64,000 nt of DNA, taken from positions 17,980,001 through 18,044,000 of the forward strand of contig OZ024761.1 in assembly GCA_964016885.1 (NCBI GenBank). Reading direction: 5' to 3'. The first letter of the stretch is position 1; each line of letters starts with the position of its first letter. A program made the position numbers and the translations under genes. Below, in pieces: positions 23,892 to 38,900 of this stretch. Source of the stretch: Eledone cirrhosa. Taxonomy: Eukaryota. The notes under the pieces are model-generated. The model ran no database searches. It saw nothing but the letters and a program-made list of their open reading frames with translations, and was not told the origin of the DNA.

Positions 23892-24837
23892 GGCACATAC
23901 ATGTATGTTCTATCTAGTCAAGGTAGGAATTATAACCATATGAATATTCTATCAAAAGAGAGAGCTATACGGTTGGTTGGTTTTATGTCAATATTTTCAC
24001 ATTGATCTGGGTTGGATGAAGGTTTGAGCTTATTCTTGTTTCATGTGGCATTAAAGGGGGCTGAGAGCACAGCACTAACCCTTGGACATGGCACCAGTCC
24101 ATCATTAACCAGGGTCAACCACCAGCTACTGCTAGTACTCATTTTCAGCTGTATGGACTGGAGCAAACTGAAATGAAGTACCTTGCTCAAGAACATCGAC
24201 CCTTCAGTGTGGGAATTGATCCTAATACCTTACAATCATGGAAACAACACCTTTACCACAAAGCCTCATGCCTTCACCCTAACTACACACCACTTAAATA
24301 CTGTATAATTATTCACTACAACAGAAACCTCTCGTTAACTTTAATGATTGCAGTAATTGGTCTGGCTTTTGACTATATTTCTTTTTTAATTTTGTATTTG
24401 TATTTTTACATTGTTGTTATTGTCGTTGCTGGCTGGTTAATGTAGCATGTATGTGTGTGTGTCTGCTTGTCTGTGTGAGTATATATACGTGTGTATATGT
24501 ATGGATATTGTGTGTGTATATATATATATATCATCATCATCATCATCATCACCGTTTAACGTCCATATTCCACGCTTGCATGGGTTTGGACGGGAGTTTT
24601 CCCACTTGAGGCAAGAGTGGTTGTCTTGCTCGCATAGGACTGTATATATATATATATATAAAGAGAGATAGAGGGAGAATGAGTGTGTGTATGTAGTATT
24701 AAGTTAACTATTACTAGCAGTTTCTAAATCTGCCACATAATTAGTAATGACCATATTAACAACTACACCATCTCTACCATTTGTCAATAAAATTATGTAC
24801 ACACACACACACACACATACACACATATATATATATG

Positions 24838-25102
24838 GTGAAGGCACATGGCTTAGTGGTTAGAGCATTGGGCTTGCAATCGAAAGGTTGTGAGTTCAAT
24901 TCTCAGACCGGGTGATGTGTTGTTTCCTTGAGCAAGACACTTTATTTCACATTGCTCCAGTTTACTCAGCTGTAGAAATGAGATGATAGGGACTGGGGTC
25001 CATATCATTCCACTGCAAAGTGGTCGTGGAGGTGCCACGGCAAAAAAGCACCCGGCACTCACTGTAAATGAAGTTGGTGTTAGGAAGGGCATCCAGCTGT
25101 AG
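24838..25102 (+). mobile_element. tRNA-derived SINE, family 1
   Basis: gaaggcacatggcttagtggttagagcattgggcttgcaatcgaaaggttgtgagttcaattctc head on the + strand. Confidence 0.85.
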
Positions 25103-25124
25103 TAACCATATTAATAATATACAC

Positions 25125-25156
<32 letters not shown>

Positions 25157-25285
25157 GTGTATATATATATGTATATATATATATGTATATATACATATAT
25201 ATGTATATATATATATTTATATATACATATATATGTGTATATATATATGTATATATATATATATGTATGTATATATGTATATATG

Positions 25286-25316
<31 letters not shown>

Positions 25317-25339
25317 GTATATATATATATATGTATATG

Positions 25340-25388
<49 letters not shown>

Positions 25389-25413
25389 GTATATATATAT
25401 ATGTATATATATG

Positions 25414-25556
<143 letters not shown>

Positions 25557-25579
25557 GTGTATATATATATATATATGTG

Positions 25580-25626
<47 letters not shown>

Positions 25627-25629
25627 GTG

Positions 25630-25720
<91 letters not shown>

Positions 25721-25761
25721 ATATATGTATATATATATATATATGTATATATGTATATATG

Positions 25762-25813
<52 letters not shown>

Positions 25814-25857
25814 TATGTATGTATATATATATGTATGTATGTATATATGTATATATG

Positions 25858-25906
<49 letters not shown>

Positions 25907-25909
25907 GTG

Positions 25910-25958
<49 letters not shown>

Positions 25959-25960
25959 CT

Positions 25961-26105
25961 TCTTTCTGAAGACGGCGTATATATGTGTTAGGTATGTATA
26001 TTTAATCTTGATAATTTGTATAATTTTGTATAATTTTGTACATAGATCTGTTGAATATGCATACCAATTATAACACATATATACCCTAGAAACGATCGTT
26101 AAATA
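25961..26105 (+). ncRNA. Type I hammerhead ribozyme motif with long stem II, partly degenerate
   Basis: cttt-CTGAAGA(25966-72)..gtatatatgtgtta/taacacatatatac and ggtatgtatatttaa/ttgaatatgcatacc stem II..GAAA(26089-92)-C gatc G-TT-aaata; palindromic loop III. Confidence 0.6.
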
Positions 26106-26371
26106 GTGAACTTTTTTTGTTTAATATAAGGAATTGTTTGTTCATTATTTGTTTAATATTTTATCTTGACTCTGTATACCGTTTATCTTTCACCGAAAGT
26201 GGATTTTCATTACATCTCTTCTTTCCATGATATCCGGAATACATTGAGTTCTTCATACGGATTGGACACTACCGTAAACTCTTGGTAGATTTATCTACAT
26301 ATATGTATATATATATATATGTGTATATATATATGTATGTGTATATATATATATATATGTATATATATATC

Positions 26372-26546
<175 letters not shown>

Positions 26547-26559
26547 GTATATATATATG

Positions 26560-26592
<33 letters not shown>

Positions 26593-26595
26593 GTG

Positions 26596-26766
<171 letters not shown>

Positions 26767-26779
26767 GTATATATATATG

Positions 26780-26832
<53 letters not shown>

Positions 26833-27163
26833 GTATATATATATGTATATATATATGTATATATATATGTATATATATATATATATGTATATATATATGT
26901 ATATATGTATATATGTATATATATATGTATATATGTATATATATATGTATATATATATATATATATGTATATGTATATATTTATATGTATATATGTATAT
27001 ATGTATATATATATATGTATATGTATATATTTATATGTATATATGTATATGTATATATATATATGTATATGTATGTGTATATGTATGTATATATGTATGT
27101 ATATGTATGTGTATATGTATGTATATATGTATGTATATATGTATATGTATGTATATATGTATG

Positions 27164-27224
<61 letters not shown>

Positions 27225-27764
27225 GTATGTATGTATATATGTATATGTATATATATGTATATGTATGTATGTATATATGTATATGTATATATGTATATAT
27301 ATATATATGTATATGTATGTATGTATATATGTATATGTATATATGTATATATATATATATGTATATGTATGTATGTATATATGTATATGTATATATGTAT
27401 ATATATATATATGTATATGTATGTATGTATATATGTATATGTATATATGTATATATATATATATGTATATGTATGTATGTATATATGTATATGTATATAT
27501 GTATATATATATATATGTATATGTATGTATGTATATATGTATATGTATATATGTATATATATATATATGTATATGTATGTATATATGTATATGTATATAT
27601 GTATATATATATATATATATATGTATGTATATATGTATATATATATATATATATATGTATGTATATATGTGTATGTATATATGTATATGTATGTATATAT
27701 GTATGTATATATATATGTATATGTATGTATATATGTATGTATGTATATATGTATGTATATATAT

Positions 27765-28372
27765 GTCAGGTCACCAGTTGGTGCTACTGGTAACATGTAT
27801 CCCAGTACAACCTGTCTCATGGTCGGGTCGTTGGCGACTAAACTGGCAACCCCACCAAGGTTTCTTGGTGAGGAGGGTGACTTTGGACATCCTGCAGGAC
27901 TAAAAACAAAACCTGTCAAAGGTCAAAGGAGCTCTTAAGAGTCAATGGCCATCCAAAATCACCGGGAGAGATGACCCCTTAGCCTTTGTCAAGGCAGAAT
28001 TCTAGGAGAAGGAAAACTCTGATATAACACCTGCAACCCTGATGGTATCCAATGATGTTGACTTGTTCTTCTTTTTGGTAAATATCATCTTGGTTAAGAG
28101 AGTGGGACTGGCTTTGTGCAGTGCCTTTCCTCACTATAAAAGCTTCACAGCACAGGCATTGCTTTATATCTGGAGATCTCTCTGCACTTGTCATCACATG
28201 GTACCTGGGCCCAGCACTATGTGTCAATAATTGTCACAAGTGTAGTGTTTGTACCAGAGTTTTCAAGTCGCTGGCTGAGACTAAAAAGTCACACTCGTTC
28301 AGCGCATCAGTAGGGGTTCTCCTACATGGATATAAAGTAGTGGCCGTACTCGAAAACGAGTTGGCAGCCACC
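27765..28372 (+). mobile_element. Short non-autonomous RTE-derived element (5' UTR fused to 3' end)
   Basis: RTE-like 5' UTR (ctaggagaaggaaaactctgat). The 3' part encodes a decayed C2H2 finger, [22 protein letters not shown], then the tail tactcgaaaacgagttggcagcca. No RT in between; inserted in (TA/TG)n. Confidence 0.6.
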
Positions 28373-28493
28373 ATGTATATATATGTATGTGTATGTATAT
28401 ATATGTATGTGTATGTATATATATGTATGTGTATGTATATATATGTATGTGTATGTATATATGTATGTATATATATGTATGTATGTATATATG

Positions 28494-28524
<31 letters not shown>

Positions 28525-28539
28525 ATATGTATATATATG

Positions 28540-28634
<95 letters not shown>

Positions 28635-28649
28635 ATATATATGTATGTA

Positions 28650-28688
<39 letters not shown>

Positions 28689-28693
28689 ATATG

Positions 28694-28724
<31 letters not shown>

Positions 28725-28945
28725 ATATGTATATATATATATATATATGTATGTATATATGTATATATATATATATATGTATGTATATATGTATATATAT
28801 ATATATATATGTATGTATATATGTATATATATATATATATGTATGTATATATGTATATATATATATATATATGTATGTATATATATATATGTATGTATAT
28901 ATGTATATATATATATATGTATATATATGTATATATATATATATG

Positions 28946-29016
<71 letters not shown>

Positions 29017-29029
29017 ATATGTATACATA

Positions 29030-29357
29030 CATCATTTTACGTCCGCTTTTCCCTGTTTACAAGGGTGGGACGGGAACTGATTCTGGCTTGATTTCTACAG
29101 CTGGATGCCCTTCCTAACACCAACCTCATTTACAGTGAGTGCTGGGTGCTTTTTTGCCGTGGCACCTCCACGACCACTTTGCAGTGGAATGATAGGGACC
29201 CCAGTCCCTATCATCTCATTTCTACAGCTGAGTAAACTGGAGCAATGTGAAATAAAGTGTCTTGCTCAAAGAAACAACACATCACCCGGTCTGAGAATTG
29301 AACTCACAACCTTTCGATTGCAAGGCCAATGCTCTAACCACTAAGCCATGTGCCTCC
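29030..29357 (-). mobile_element. tRNA-derived SINE, family 1
   Basis: Full-length copy. Confidence 0.85.
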
Positions 29358-29381
29358 TATATATATATATATATGTGTATG

Positions 29382-29431
<50 letters not shown>

Positions 29432-29548
29432 TATATGTATGTATATATATGTATATATATGTATGTATGTATATATATATATATGTATGTATATATATAT
29501 ATGTATGTATATATATATATATGTATGTATATATATATATGTATGTAT

Positions 29549-29579
<31 letters not shown>

Positions 29580-29695
29580 TGTATATATGTATATGTATGT
29601 ATATATGTATATGTATGTATATATGTACGTATATATGTATGTATATATATGTATGTATGTATATATATATGTATGTATGTATATATGTATGTATG

Positions 29696-29727
<32 letters not shown>

Positions 29728-29877
29728 TGTATATATGTATATGTATGTATATATGTACGTATATATGTATGTATATATATGTATGTATGTATATATATGT
29801 ATGTATGTATATATATATGTATGTATGCATATATATATGTATGTATGCATATATATATGTATGTATATATATATATG

Positions 29878-29916
<39 letters not shown>

Positions 29917-30172
29917 CAAAGGAAATGTGGTAAGGAACCAGATGGACCATAACGCACCAAAGTACTCAATACTTCAGGTAGTAGAGTGGGTAATAGGAAC
30001 GAATAGGACCCCGACGGCTGAGCTCAAGGTGCATATATAGTACATAGAATAATGTTCAAATGTCAGGAAAATGAACAGTGTATGAGTCATGAAATACATG
30101 TGTGCGCGTGTATGGAGGGGGGATATCAGGTATAGTGTTAGCAAATTTCAGGAAGCATGGAGGTTTTATGTA

Positions 30173-30224
<52 letters not shown>

Positions 30225-30227
<3 letters not shown>

Positions 30228-30575
30228 AGGCATATGGCTTAGTGGTTAGAGCATTGGCCTTGCAATCAAAAGGGTTGTGAGTTCAATTCTCAGACCGGGT
30301 GATGTGTTGTTTCCTTGAGCAAGACACTTTATTTCACATTGCTCCAGTTTACTCAGCTGTAGAAATGAGATGATAGGGACTGGGGTCCCTATCCTTCCAC
30401 TGCAAAGTGGTCGTGGAGGTGCCACGGCAAAAAAGCACCCAGCACTCACTGTAAATGAGGTTGGTGTTAGGAAGGGCATCCAGCTGTAGAAATCAAGCCA
30501 GAATCGGTTGCCGTCCCACCCTTGCAAGCAGGGAAAGGCGGACGTAAAATGAAATGATGATGATGATGATGATGA
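30225..30575 (+). mobile_element. tRNA-derived SINE, family 1
   Basis: Full-length copy ending in (GAT)n; inverted relative to 29030-29357. Confidence 0.85.
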
Positions 30576-32927
30576 TATGCGTGTGTCTGTGTGTATTTAT
30601 TTATTTATACACCTATATTTAAATTTTCATCCTGTATTTTTTTTTCTTTATCTCTTCCACAGCCAGATTGCTTTGCCCTGAAGGTGCACCACAAAATTGT
30701 GCAGTATATCTCTATCACCACAGCTGAAACTACACTTGAGCACATAAGTCCTCACATAACTCGCTCTCTGACTATCTCTCTGTTGCTGACTATTTGGGAT
30801 CCTTCAACATTTCTGCTTTCTAGTCATATACTAAAGGAGGTTTAAAAAAAAATACATTTTTTTTCTTTTAAATTAAGGGTCGGAGAAAAACCTGGGATCT
30901 AACTATCTATTTATTTATTCATATTTATTTAAGTTTTTAACTTGCTTCTTCTCCAAATCTTAATATGTTTCTCAGATAGTTTTGGATAGTGGTTTTATTA
31001 TTATCATTAATAGTAGTATTAAAAAGATTGTCTTATGTCGACTATCATGCTAAGAGAGCAACGCATAACAAATTACTAAGGTTCTGTTAGATTTTCTTTA
31101 TTATAATTATTAGTAGTAATAATATTAGTGTTTTTATTAGTATCATTATTAGCATGTTAGACAGCATTTCAATCAACTGCCTACATGCATACAAACACAT
31201 ACTTATATAGATATATATGTACACTCCTTGATCTGTGGTGTATATGTGCACACACTTTTATAAATATATATACGCACACTCTTGATTTGAAATATATATG
31301 TGCACACACACACATTAACAGCCAAAGATCTGATTCCCTCTGTCTTTCTGAGAAATCTCCTGAGAGATTGTCTACATACAATAATTAATTAATTAATTTG
31401 ACTCTCGGTCAGTGATAAGATCTTCTAAGTCATGTCATTAGGGCAAAGCAGTCATCATCACCATCATTCAATGTCCTAATTCTAATTCGTTGATGTATTT
31501 TATACTTCAGAGATTATCTTTGCACGTGTATCCTTAGTTACATTACTGGCTGAGGCCATACTGGGGCACTGTCATACCCTGCATTCATTTTTTAAACCAA
31601 AGCAAAGCCCTCTAGTCAGATATTTTTGCTGTGTTTTTTTATATTTAAATATTTAAATATTAACCCTCACTAGCTTTTTTGTGGGGAGTAAATTGTAAAT
31701 ACTCATTTTATTTTATTTTGTTGGGTTTTTTTAAAGATTAAAAACAACCAAAGAAATTCAAAAAGAAAATCTCATAGAATCTCTCTGTTGATACAACAAT
31801 TGTAATTACTAATAATAATTATTGTTATTATTATTAAGTATTATAAACAATTATTAACAGATAAATGTAGGATAATATATCTTTAAGGAGATTATTATTA
31901 TTAGTAGAAGTAGTAATAGTAGTAGAATTCGAGCAATTACTATAGCACAAGTTAAGCAACTATGGCCCCCTGGACCAGTTAGTTGCTGCAATCTCACTTC
32001 ATTTATGCTGCTACTGGTCCTTTAAAAAAAAACAAATAAACAAACAAAAGGGACATCAGTGTTGCTACAATATCCTTCAACCACTTGCTAACTCACCCCA
32101 CTGAAAATAGAGGACCCCTTTTGTCTAATGTAATAATACCATTATTGTCATTATTATTCCCTTTACCTTTTCAACAAAATAAATGTTTTATATGCGTTCC
32201 TAGACCCCTAATAAACTGTCGACGTGATTCTATTCACTAGACGATGTAGACGATATGTTAAGCAGACCCTACTTGTGCGGTAGTGTCCCCTGTATTTCTT
32301 TTAAAAGTATAATTAATTTTCTAGAGGTGTTTGGAGGTTGAGTTATAGATAACTTGAAATATCTCTGAATGTTCAAATATAACCACACACTTCTACTTCT
32401 TATGTATGTTTAGAATTTCCAGGTTGTTTATGTCATGTTATCTTGGAGTTTTGATCTTTAAACGAATCTGAAGTTATTTAGCCATTTTGTGACCATATTT
32501 TCTTACAAGAATATGCTGACTTTCTGTTTTAATCATCAAAGTAATGAGCAGTTTAGTGAAGTAGCTAAATTTCAAATTAATAATAAAAAGATAGACATTT
32601 AACTCTCCTGAAATTTAATATCTGTCATGTAATAATGTGATATCGGTCTAAGATTTAAATTTAAATTTGAACACTTTCATAGAGGTAGTTTCGGGTTGGT
32701 TGGTATTTAAAAGGTTCACCTATCATGGTATGTTTCTAGAAAAGAAGAAGCATTTTTATTATAAATAGAGCTTAGAATTTAACAATGTAGTTTAGATGTT
32801 TAGTACTAACAAGGTTATAGATATTAGTTGTGGTATTGTTTTAGGGGTTTTCTGTTTTTTTCTTTTGTGAGGTTCTTCTTGTGTTCGAAAAAGTGTGTGT
32901 TTGTCTGTGTGGAGCCAAGTTGGAGAC

Positions 32928-35900
32928 ATGCAAATGGCCGACGAGAAGAAAGTGACTGGAAACCATGCAAGTTTGGAGAACTTACAACAAGTACCGCTGT
33001 CACAGAAAAGTGTTGAGCAGATCATTACGTTTCCTTGGAGCCGCGACCATTCACTAAGCTGTTACCATGGCTTGGACCAGAATGTCAAACCTGGTGAATA
33101 CGTCCTTCTCACACTCTTCATGGAGTTTTGTTCGATTACTGAACATAAAATTGAACAAGTCCTTGCCGAACCGCTAAAAAACCATTTCTCTAAATCTTTA
33201 CAAAGAAATGAGGACCCCCAGTTTGACCAGCTGCTTGCCTCCCTCGGCTGTGTGGCTGAACAAGGCCTGCCTTCTCTCCTGCACTCCTTCCTTAAATGGT
33301 ACGAAAAGCAGTCGCTCGTCGACAACAGCCACCTCCTTGATCGCTACCGTATACGGAGTAAAGGAGAGAAAAACTTCTTGTGTGAGCGCCGTGAACTGGC
33401 CGTCGATTATGTCTACTGCTTGGTGTTGATTGAGATCCTCCCAAAACTCTCATACCATCCGGGTCATGATGAGCTTGTCACATGCATTATCAATCAGGGA
33501 TTTCGACATTTCAAATACAAAGACAGCTTACAGACGAATCCGAATGCGGGTAACATCAAACTGATTTCCAGTCTGTACGCTGAGGTGATCGGTGTGCTGG
33601 CTCAGTCTCGCTTCCCACCGATTCACAAGACTTTTCTCAATGAGCTGAAAGAACTGAAACTCCGCGATCAAACGCCGTTCACGGCACAAAGCGTTATCAG
33701 CTTGTTGATGGGGCTGAAGTTTTTCCGCGTCAAAATGCATCCGATCGAAGATTTTGAAATGTGTGTCCAATTCCTGCATGAGTTGGGCCAGTATTTCCTC
33801 GAAGTAAAAGACCGAGATATAAAGCATGCATTGGCCATGTTGCTTGTCGAAATCCTGCTGCCAGTAGCTGCACAAGCTAAAAACGAGGTAAATGTCCCAG
33901 TTTTGAAAAATTTTGTTGAGATGCTCTACTCCACCACCATTGACATGACCACGAAAAAGAAACACACTCTTCATCTGTTTCCTCTCGTCACTTGTCTGCT
34001 GTGTGTCAGCCACAAACAATTCTTCCTCAGTAACTGGCCATACTTTCTTACAATGTGTTTATCCCAGTTAAAGAACAAAGAAGCCAAGATGTCACGTGTT
34101 GCCCTTGAATCTCTCTACCGTTTGCTCTGGGTGTATATGGTCCGGATAAAATGCGAAAGCAATACGGCCACCAGGAGCCGACTTCAGAGCATCGTGAACA
34201 GCCTCTTCCCGAAGGGATCAAAGATGGTAACTCCCCGTGATACGCCGCTGAATATTTTTGTCAAGATCATCCAGTTCATCGCTAAAGAAAGGCTGGATTT
34301 TGCTATGAAAGAAATCATTTTCGACCTTCTTTGTGTCGGAAGGCCGATTAAATTCTTGACACCGGAAAGAATGAGCATCGGTTTGAGAGCCTTCCTTGTT
34401 ATCGCTGACAGCTTACAACAGAAGGATGGTGATCCTCCAATGCCCCAATCTGCCGCAACATTACCTTCTGGTAGCACTGTGCGTATCAAGAGAACATTCT
34501 TGAACAAAATGCTGAGCGAGGAGACAGCCAAGGACATTGGTCTGTCATGCTACTATCCTCACATCCTGAAAACCTTTGATTCGATCCTTCGTGCTTTGGA
34601 CGTGCAGGTTGGTCGTCCATTACTACAAACGAATTCTGAAAACACAGGGAAAGAAGTCGACGAACTCATTACCAGCGACCGTAAACCAAAAATCGACTTA
34701 TTCCGCACATGCATAGCTGCAATTCCCCGTCTGATACCTGAAAACATGTCAAGCCAAGAACTTGTTGAACTGCTCACCCGCCTTACAGTACACATCGATG
34801 ATGAGTTGAGGGGTCTAGCATTTCAGGCTTTGCAAAATCTGATGCATGAGTCTCAAACTTTCAAAGAACAAGTCATTCGAGGTTTTGTTCAGTTTATTCA
34901 GCGGGATGTCAGCGACACTGCGTCACAGCCACTGGACGGCGTACTTCGTATGTTAGTGCAGCTACTAGTGCAATGGAAGAGTAACCCTTGTCAGCAACAA
35001 AGCCTGACCTCTGTTCCTGGTCAGGCGGCCAGTAAACTAGACGGTAGTAGTGGTGCCATTAGTCGCGAGGCAGCTGAACTTGTCGTACTGCATGATGTCG
35101 AAGGGTTGGCCCTTGTCATGCTGTGTAGCATTCAGCTTGTCATCCGCAAGTTGGCTCTCCTGCTTCTCAAAGAAGTACGAAACATCTTTACCAGTTGTCA
35201 GCACGGCTCGTCGACGACTTGTAGTAACTGCAGCACCACTCCACAGCAGTCTAACCACCACCACCACCACCACCACCACAACTACCACCAACACCACAAC
35301 CACCACAACATAACTCGCCACCACCAGCATCTACTCCAACACCATCATCACCATCATCACCACATTCATCAGCCACAGTTGCAGCAACTAAACAACAAGT
35401 CAGACTGCAGTAAGTCATGCTTGATTGAACAGATGGAATGTATGTGTCTGCCGGTCATGACTAAAATGCTAGCAATCCTCCCGCCAGATGAGAAGGCGTC
35501 TCTCATTGCCTGTTCCAACATTGATCTGAATTGGATAATTGATCGAGCAGCCAGCACCTGGTGGTCTGGCGCCAATCAGGACAGCCAGGACATGCACCAG
35601 CTGATGGTCAACTCCTCCTTTAACCAACCTGATCCCTGGATACACCGACTCGTCGGGCTGATTGCATCTGAGGAGTCGTTCAAGAAGTGCAGTCACGCAG
35701 TCAACTGTGCGTGGATGATTGTGTACACTCGACTTCAGATGTTGTTTCCACTGGTCGATGCCAGCTCCCAGACCAATGAATACCGGTCATCTATACTTCG
35801 CTCTGGAAGCAAGAAAGTAACAAATGACTATGACCTCTATTTACGTCTTTGGCAGAACTATGTGATTCTTGCCTGTTGTTTAGCTCAACAAGGCACTGTT

Positions 35901-38900
35901 TTGCCATATCATCGGTGTGCTTCTCCGGAACTGGGGTATTCCCCAGAGAATTTTCCACCGGTGTCTTCTGATAAAACTGAAAACAAACAAACAGCTCAGA
36001 GCAGTAACCTCTTCCGTTTACTTGTACCGTTGATAAAGTGTGAAAGCGCCGACATGAGGGATTCTGTTGTTAATGGCTTGGGTTACACAAATTCTGCTGT
36101 TTTCAAAGACCTCCAAGAAGAACTGCTACCATACTTGAAGGAAGCCAACGACAAGAAAGTTGATAACATTAAACAACGGCGCAAACGCAACAACTTAAGG
36201 GTCCAGCTGACCCGACTATTCAAACTGATGGCTGAAAATGGGACGTTTGGACCGCAGAATTCTGGGGTCATAGATGCCGATAAGAACTGCTTGAATTCTA
36301 TGTTTCTTGATTACTTTGATGGTGCTCGTGTTTATTTAGAAGGTGAGAATGAAAGAGATTTGCCAAATATACAAGAAGTGCGATTGCATTTCAGTAGTTT
36401 CACTCGACAGTTGATCCAGAACACTCCACTCAAACAGAGGAACACTCTACTCTCGAAAGAAACTCGCCATAGTTTGTTCCACCTTCTGGCCTTCTGGAGT
36501 GGCCACTTCAGTTCGTCGTTTGTGCATCTGGAACGGAAGCTGTCTAAAGAGGAGGTCAGTCCAGAGTTGGAGCTGGTCACTGTCAGAGCCATGTCTTCAG
36601 TGTTGACCTGCGGTCCAGTTTTTGACTCAAACGGCCTCAACGAAGATGGTTATGTCTACACTTGGCTCGACGCTCTGTGGAATTGCCCGCAGAGCGAGAT
36701 GCAGGAACAAATTCTGAGCCTAGCCAAAGAGACTGTAATTCTGCTGCTGGACTTCAACCCAGACGTACAGTATTTACTGGACTGGGTCATTGACCACTGC
36801 TATACTGCTAACATGGAAGTTGCTGACCACTGCTTGAATGCATTGGCTGCTGTGTTTCAAACGAAGGAGTATTCTTGTGATCTGATAGCCATGTTGAATC
36901 TTGTTGTCTTGAATGTTGGCAGTACTCGTGTGGAAACCCACGACACGGCACTCCAGTTACTGCGACTCCTTGACAGTTATTTCTTCCAAGATAAACCCGT
37001 CTTTGAAGAATCTACTTTGGACGCATCTCAACAGCCAAACACCCTCAACGATATCTTGTTGACCGTCAACTACGGTCAGTCTCAAGTGGTCTTGTCTGAC
37101 CAGTTGGTCAAGCTACATCCAGACATGACAATGCCGATGTTTTCTGAAATCACTCATCGCTTTCAGACTGCACGCCCAGCACTGCGCGAGGTCCTACTCA
37201 AGTGTCTGTTGCCGTGGCTACACAACATCGAACTTGTTGACCCTTCTCTGCCATCTTCCACTGCCATGTCGAGTTTCTTGACCAGTGTCCAAGACAGCCA
37301 GACGGATAAAGTGACCAAGTCCTATCTGGAAGGTGACGGCTGGGGGTCACCCCAGGCCACAGAAATGGTGCTGAATAATTTGTTGTACATAACCGTGAAA
37401 TTTGGGGACAGTCACCCAACTGAGATTGAACACCTGTGGGCTGCTTTGGTAAAATACTGGACCAACAATTTAAGGGTAGTCGTACGGTACCTAGTCATCG
37501 TCACCAACATGTCACCAACGGTACTACTGCCCTTCGCCAAGCGTGTGATCAGTTACCTAGGCAGGGCGAAACCAGAAAAACTTGTTGACGAGCTAATGAA
37601 CGAACTGCAGACAGTGGAAACATTGAACCAGACCATCGAACGAACTCAGACTCCCCCTTTCTATCGGCTGTCATCATTGAAGAAATCAGCAACGAACGCC
37701 AACACCACAGATGACGAAAAACTTGGCCGTACACAAGCTCCAGAGAATTCACTTGAGAAGGGGGTCCTACACACCAAGCGACACAGCACATGTGAAGAGA
37801 TCACAGCCGAAGGAACCCCTTGCACCGATTCCACAACGTTTCTCTGTAGCATATCTAGCATGTCCAGTTCCTCTTCTGTGAGCAGCAGTCATGACTTAAT
37901 GGAGGAGAACTGTGCAAGCCCTATCAACACCCCGGTACCTTATCCACTTCCCATGCCTGCTTACGGCGGATACTTTGCCCCCATGTCAGAACTTCTACCG
38001 GACACCTTTGTTCCTACAGCTGGATTACACCGCAGCTATCTCGGTATAATGTTTCTGTCCGATCTCGTACTGGACGGGCTGGATATAGACTGGACACCCC
38101 ATCTACCATTGCTGTTGCACATTGTCTTCTTGGGACTTGACCATTCTCGAGCCATTGTCTACGAACATTGTAAGAAAATATTCCTCAACTTGTTGCTGTT
38201 CCGAGCGTCGGTTCCTGAACACCAGTATATAGCACGGCTCTTGATCTCACGTATGCCACGACTGAAGCTGCTGAGTGACAACCGCAAGACCTTTACTGCG
38301 GACAGTGCATCTTTTGAGGATGACACTTTGGTATATAATCAGTTAACTGATGCTGCAAGAGCCACTGCTGACCTCACCAAAGACTCTTCGCAACACGATT
38401 CAGTGGAAGCAACTGTGGACAACCTATTGTGCTTCCTTGCCAGCAAGACAGGGAAGCCACTTTGGAATTATGAAGACATCACACCTAAGACCCTCACCAC
38501 CATGAGTTCTTCATCATTAGACTATTTCCTGAAGTTAGTAGTGAGAGTGTTTGAGGAATTGGTACCATTAGCGCTTGTTGAACAACGATGGTCTCAGATA
38601 GCTCTGCAGATGGCATTGTCCTGCTCTTCCAGACATTATGCCGGCCGTTCCTTCCAAGTCCTACGGGCTCTTCAAGTACGCCCATCCACACAAATGTTAT
38701 CTGACATCCTATCGAGACTTGTGGAAACGGCAGCCGAACAAGGCGAAGACATGCAAGGGTACGTAACAGAAATTATGTTAACCCTGATTGCTTCTGTAGA
38801 CAACCTTGACTTGGAGTTGAGGCCAACTGATATGATGCGGGAACTATTTTTGTCTACCCCGAATCTCGCGAAAGAAAGCTCTGCCGAAGTTGTCCGTGGT

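Noticed and set aside
24845-24910. tRNA-Cys-like sequence
   Set aside because: It is the head of a multi-copy SINE; the acceptor stem is not intact and it continues into the SINE body.
32895-32927. ORF-track start of furry at GTG 32895
   Set aside because: Eukaryotic gene; the first ATG is at 32928 (or 32934 with better context).
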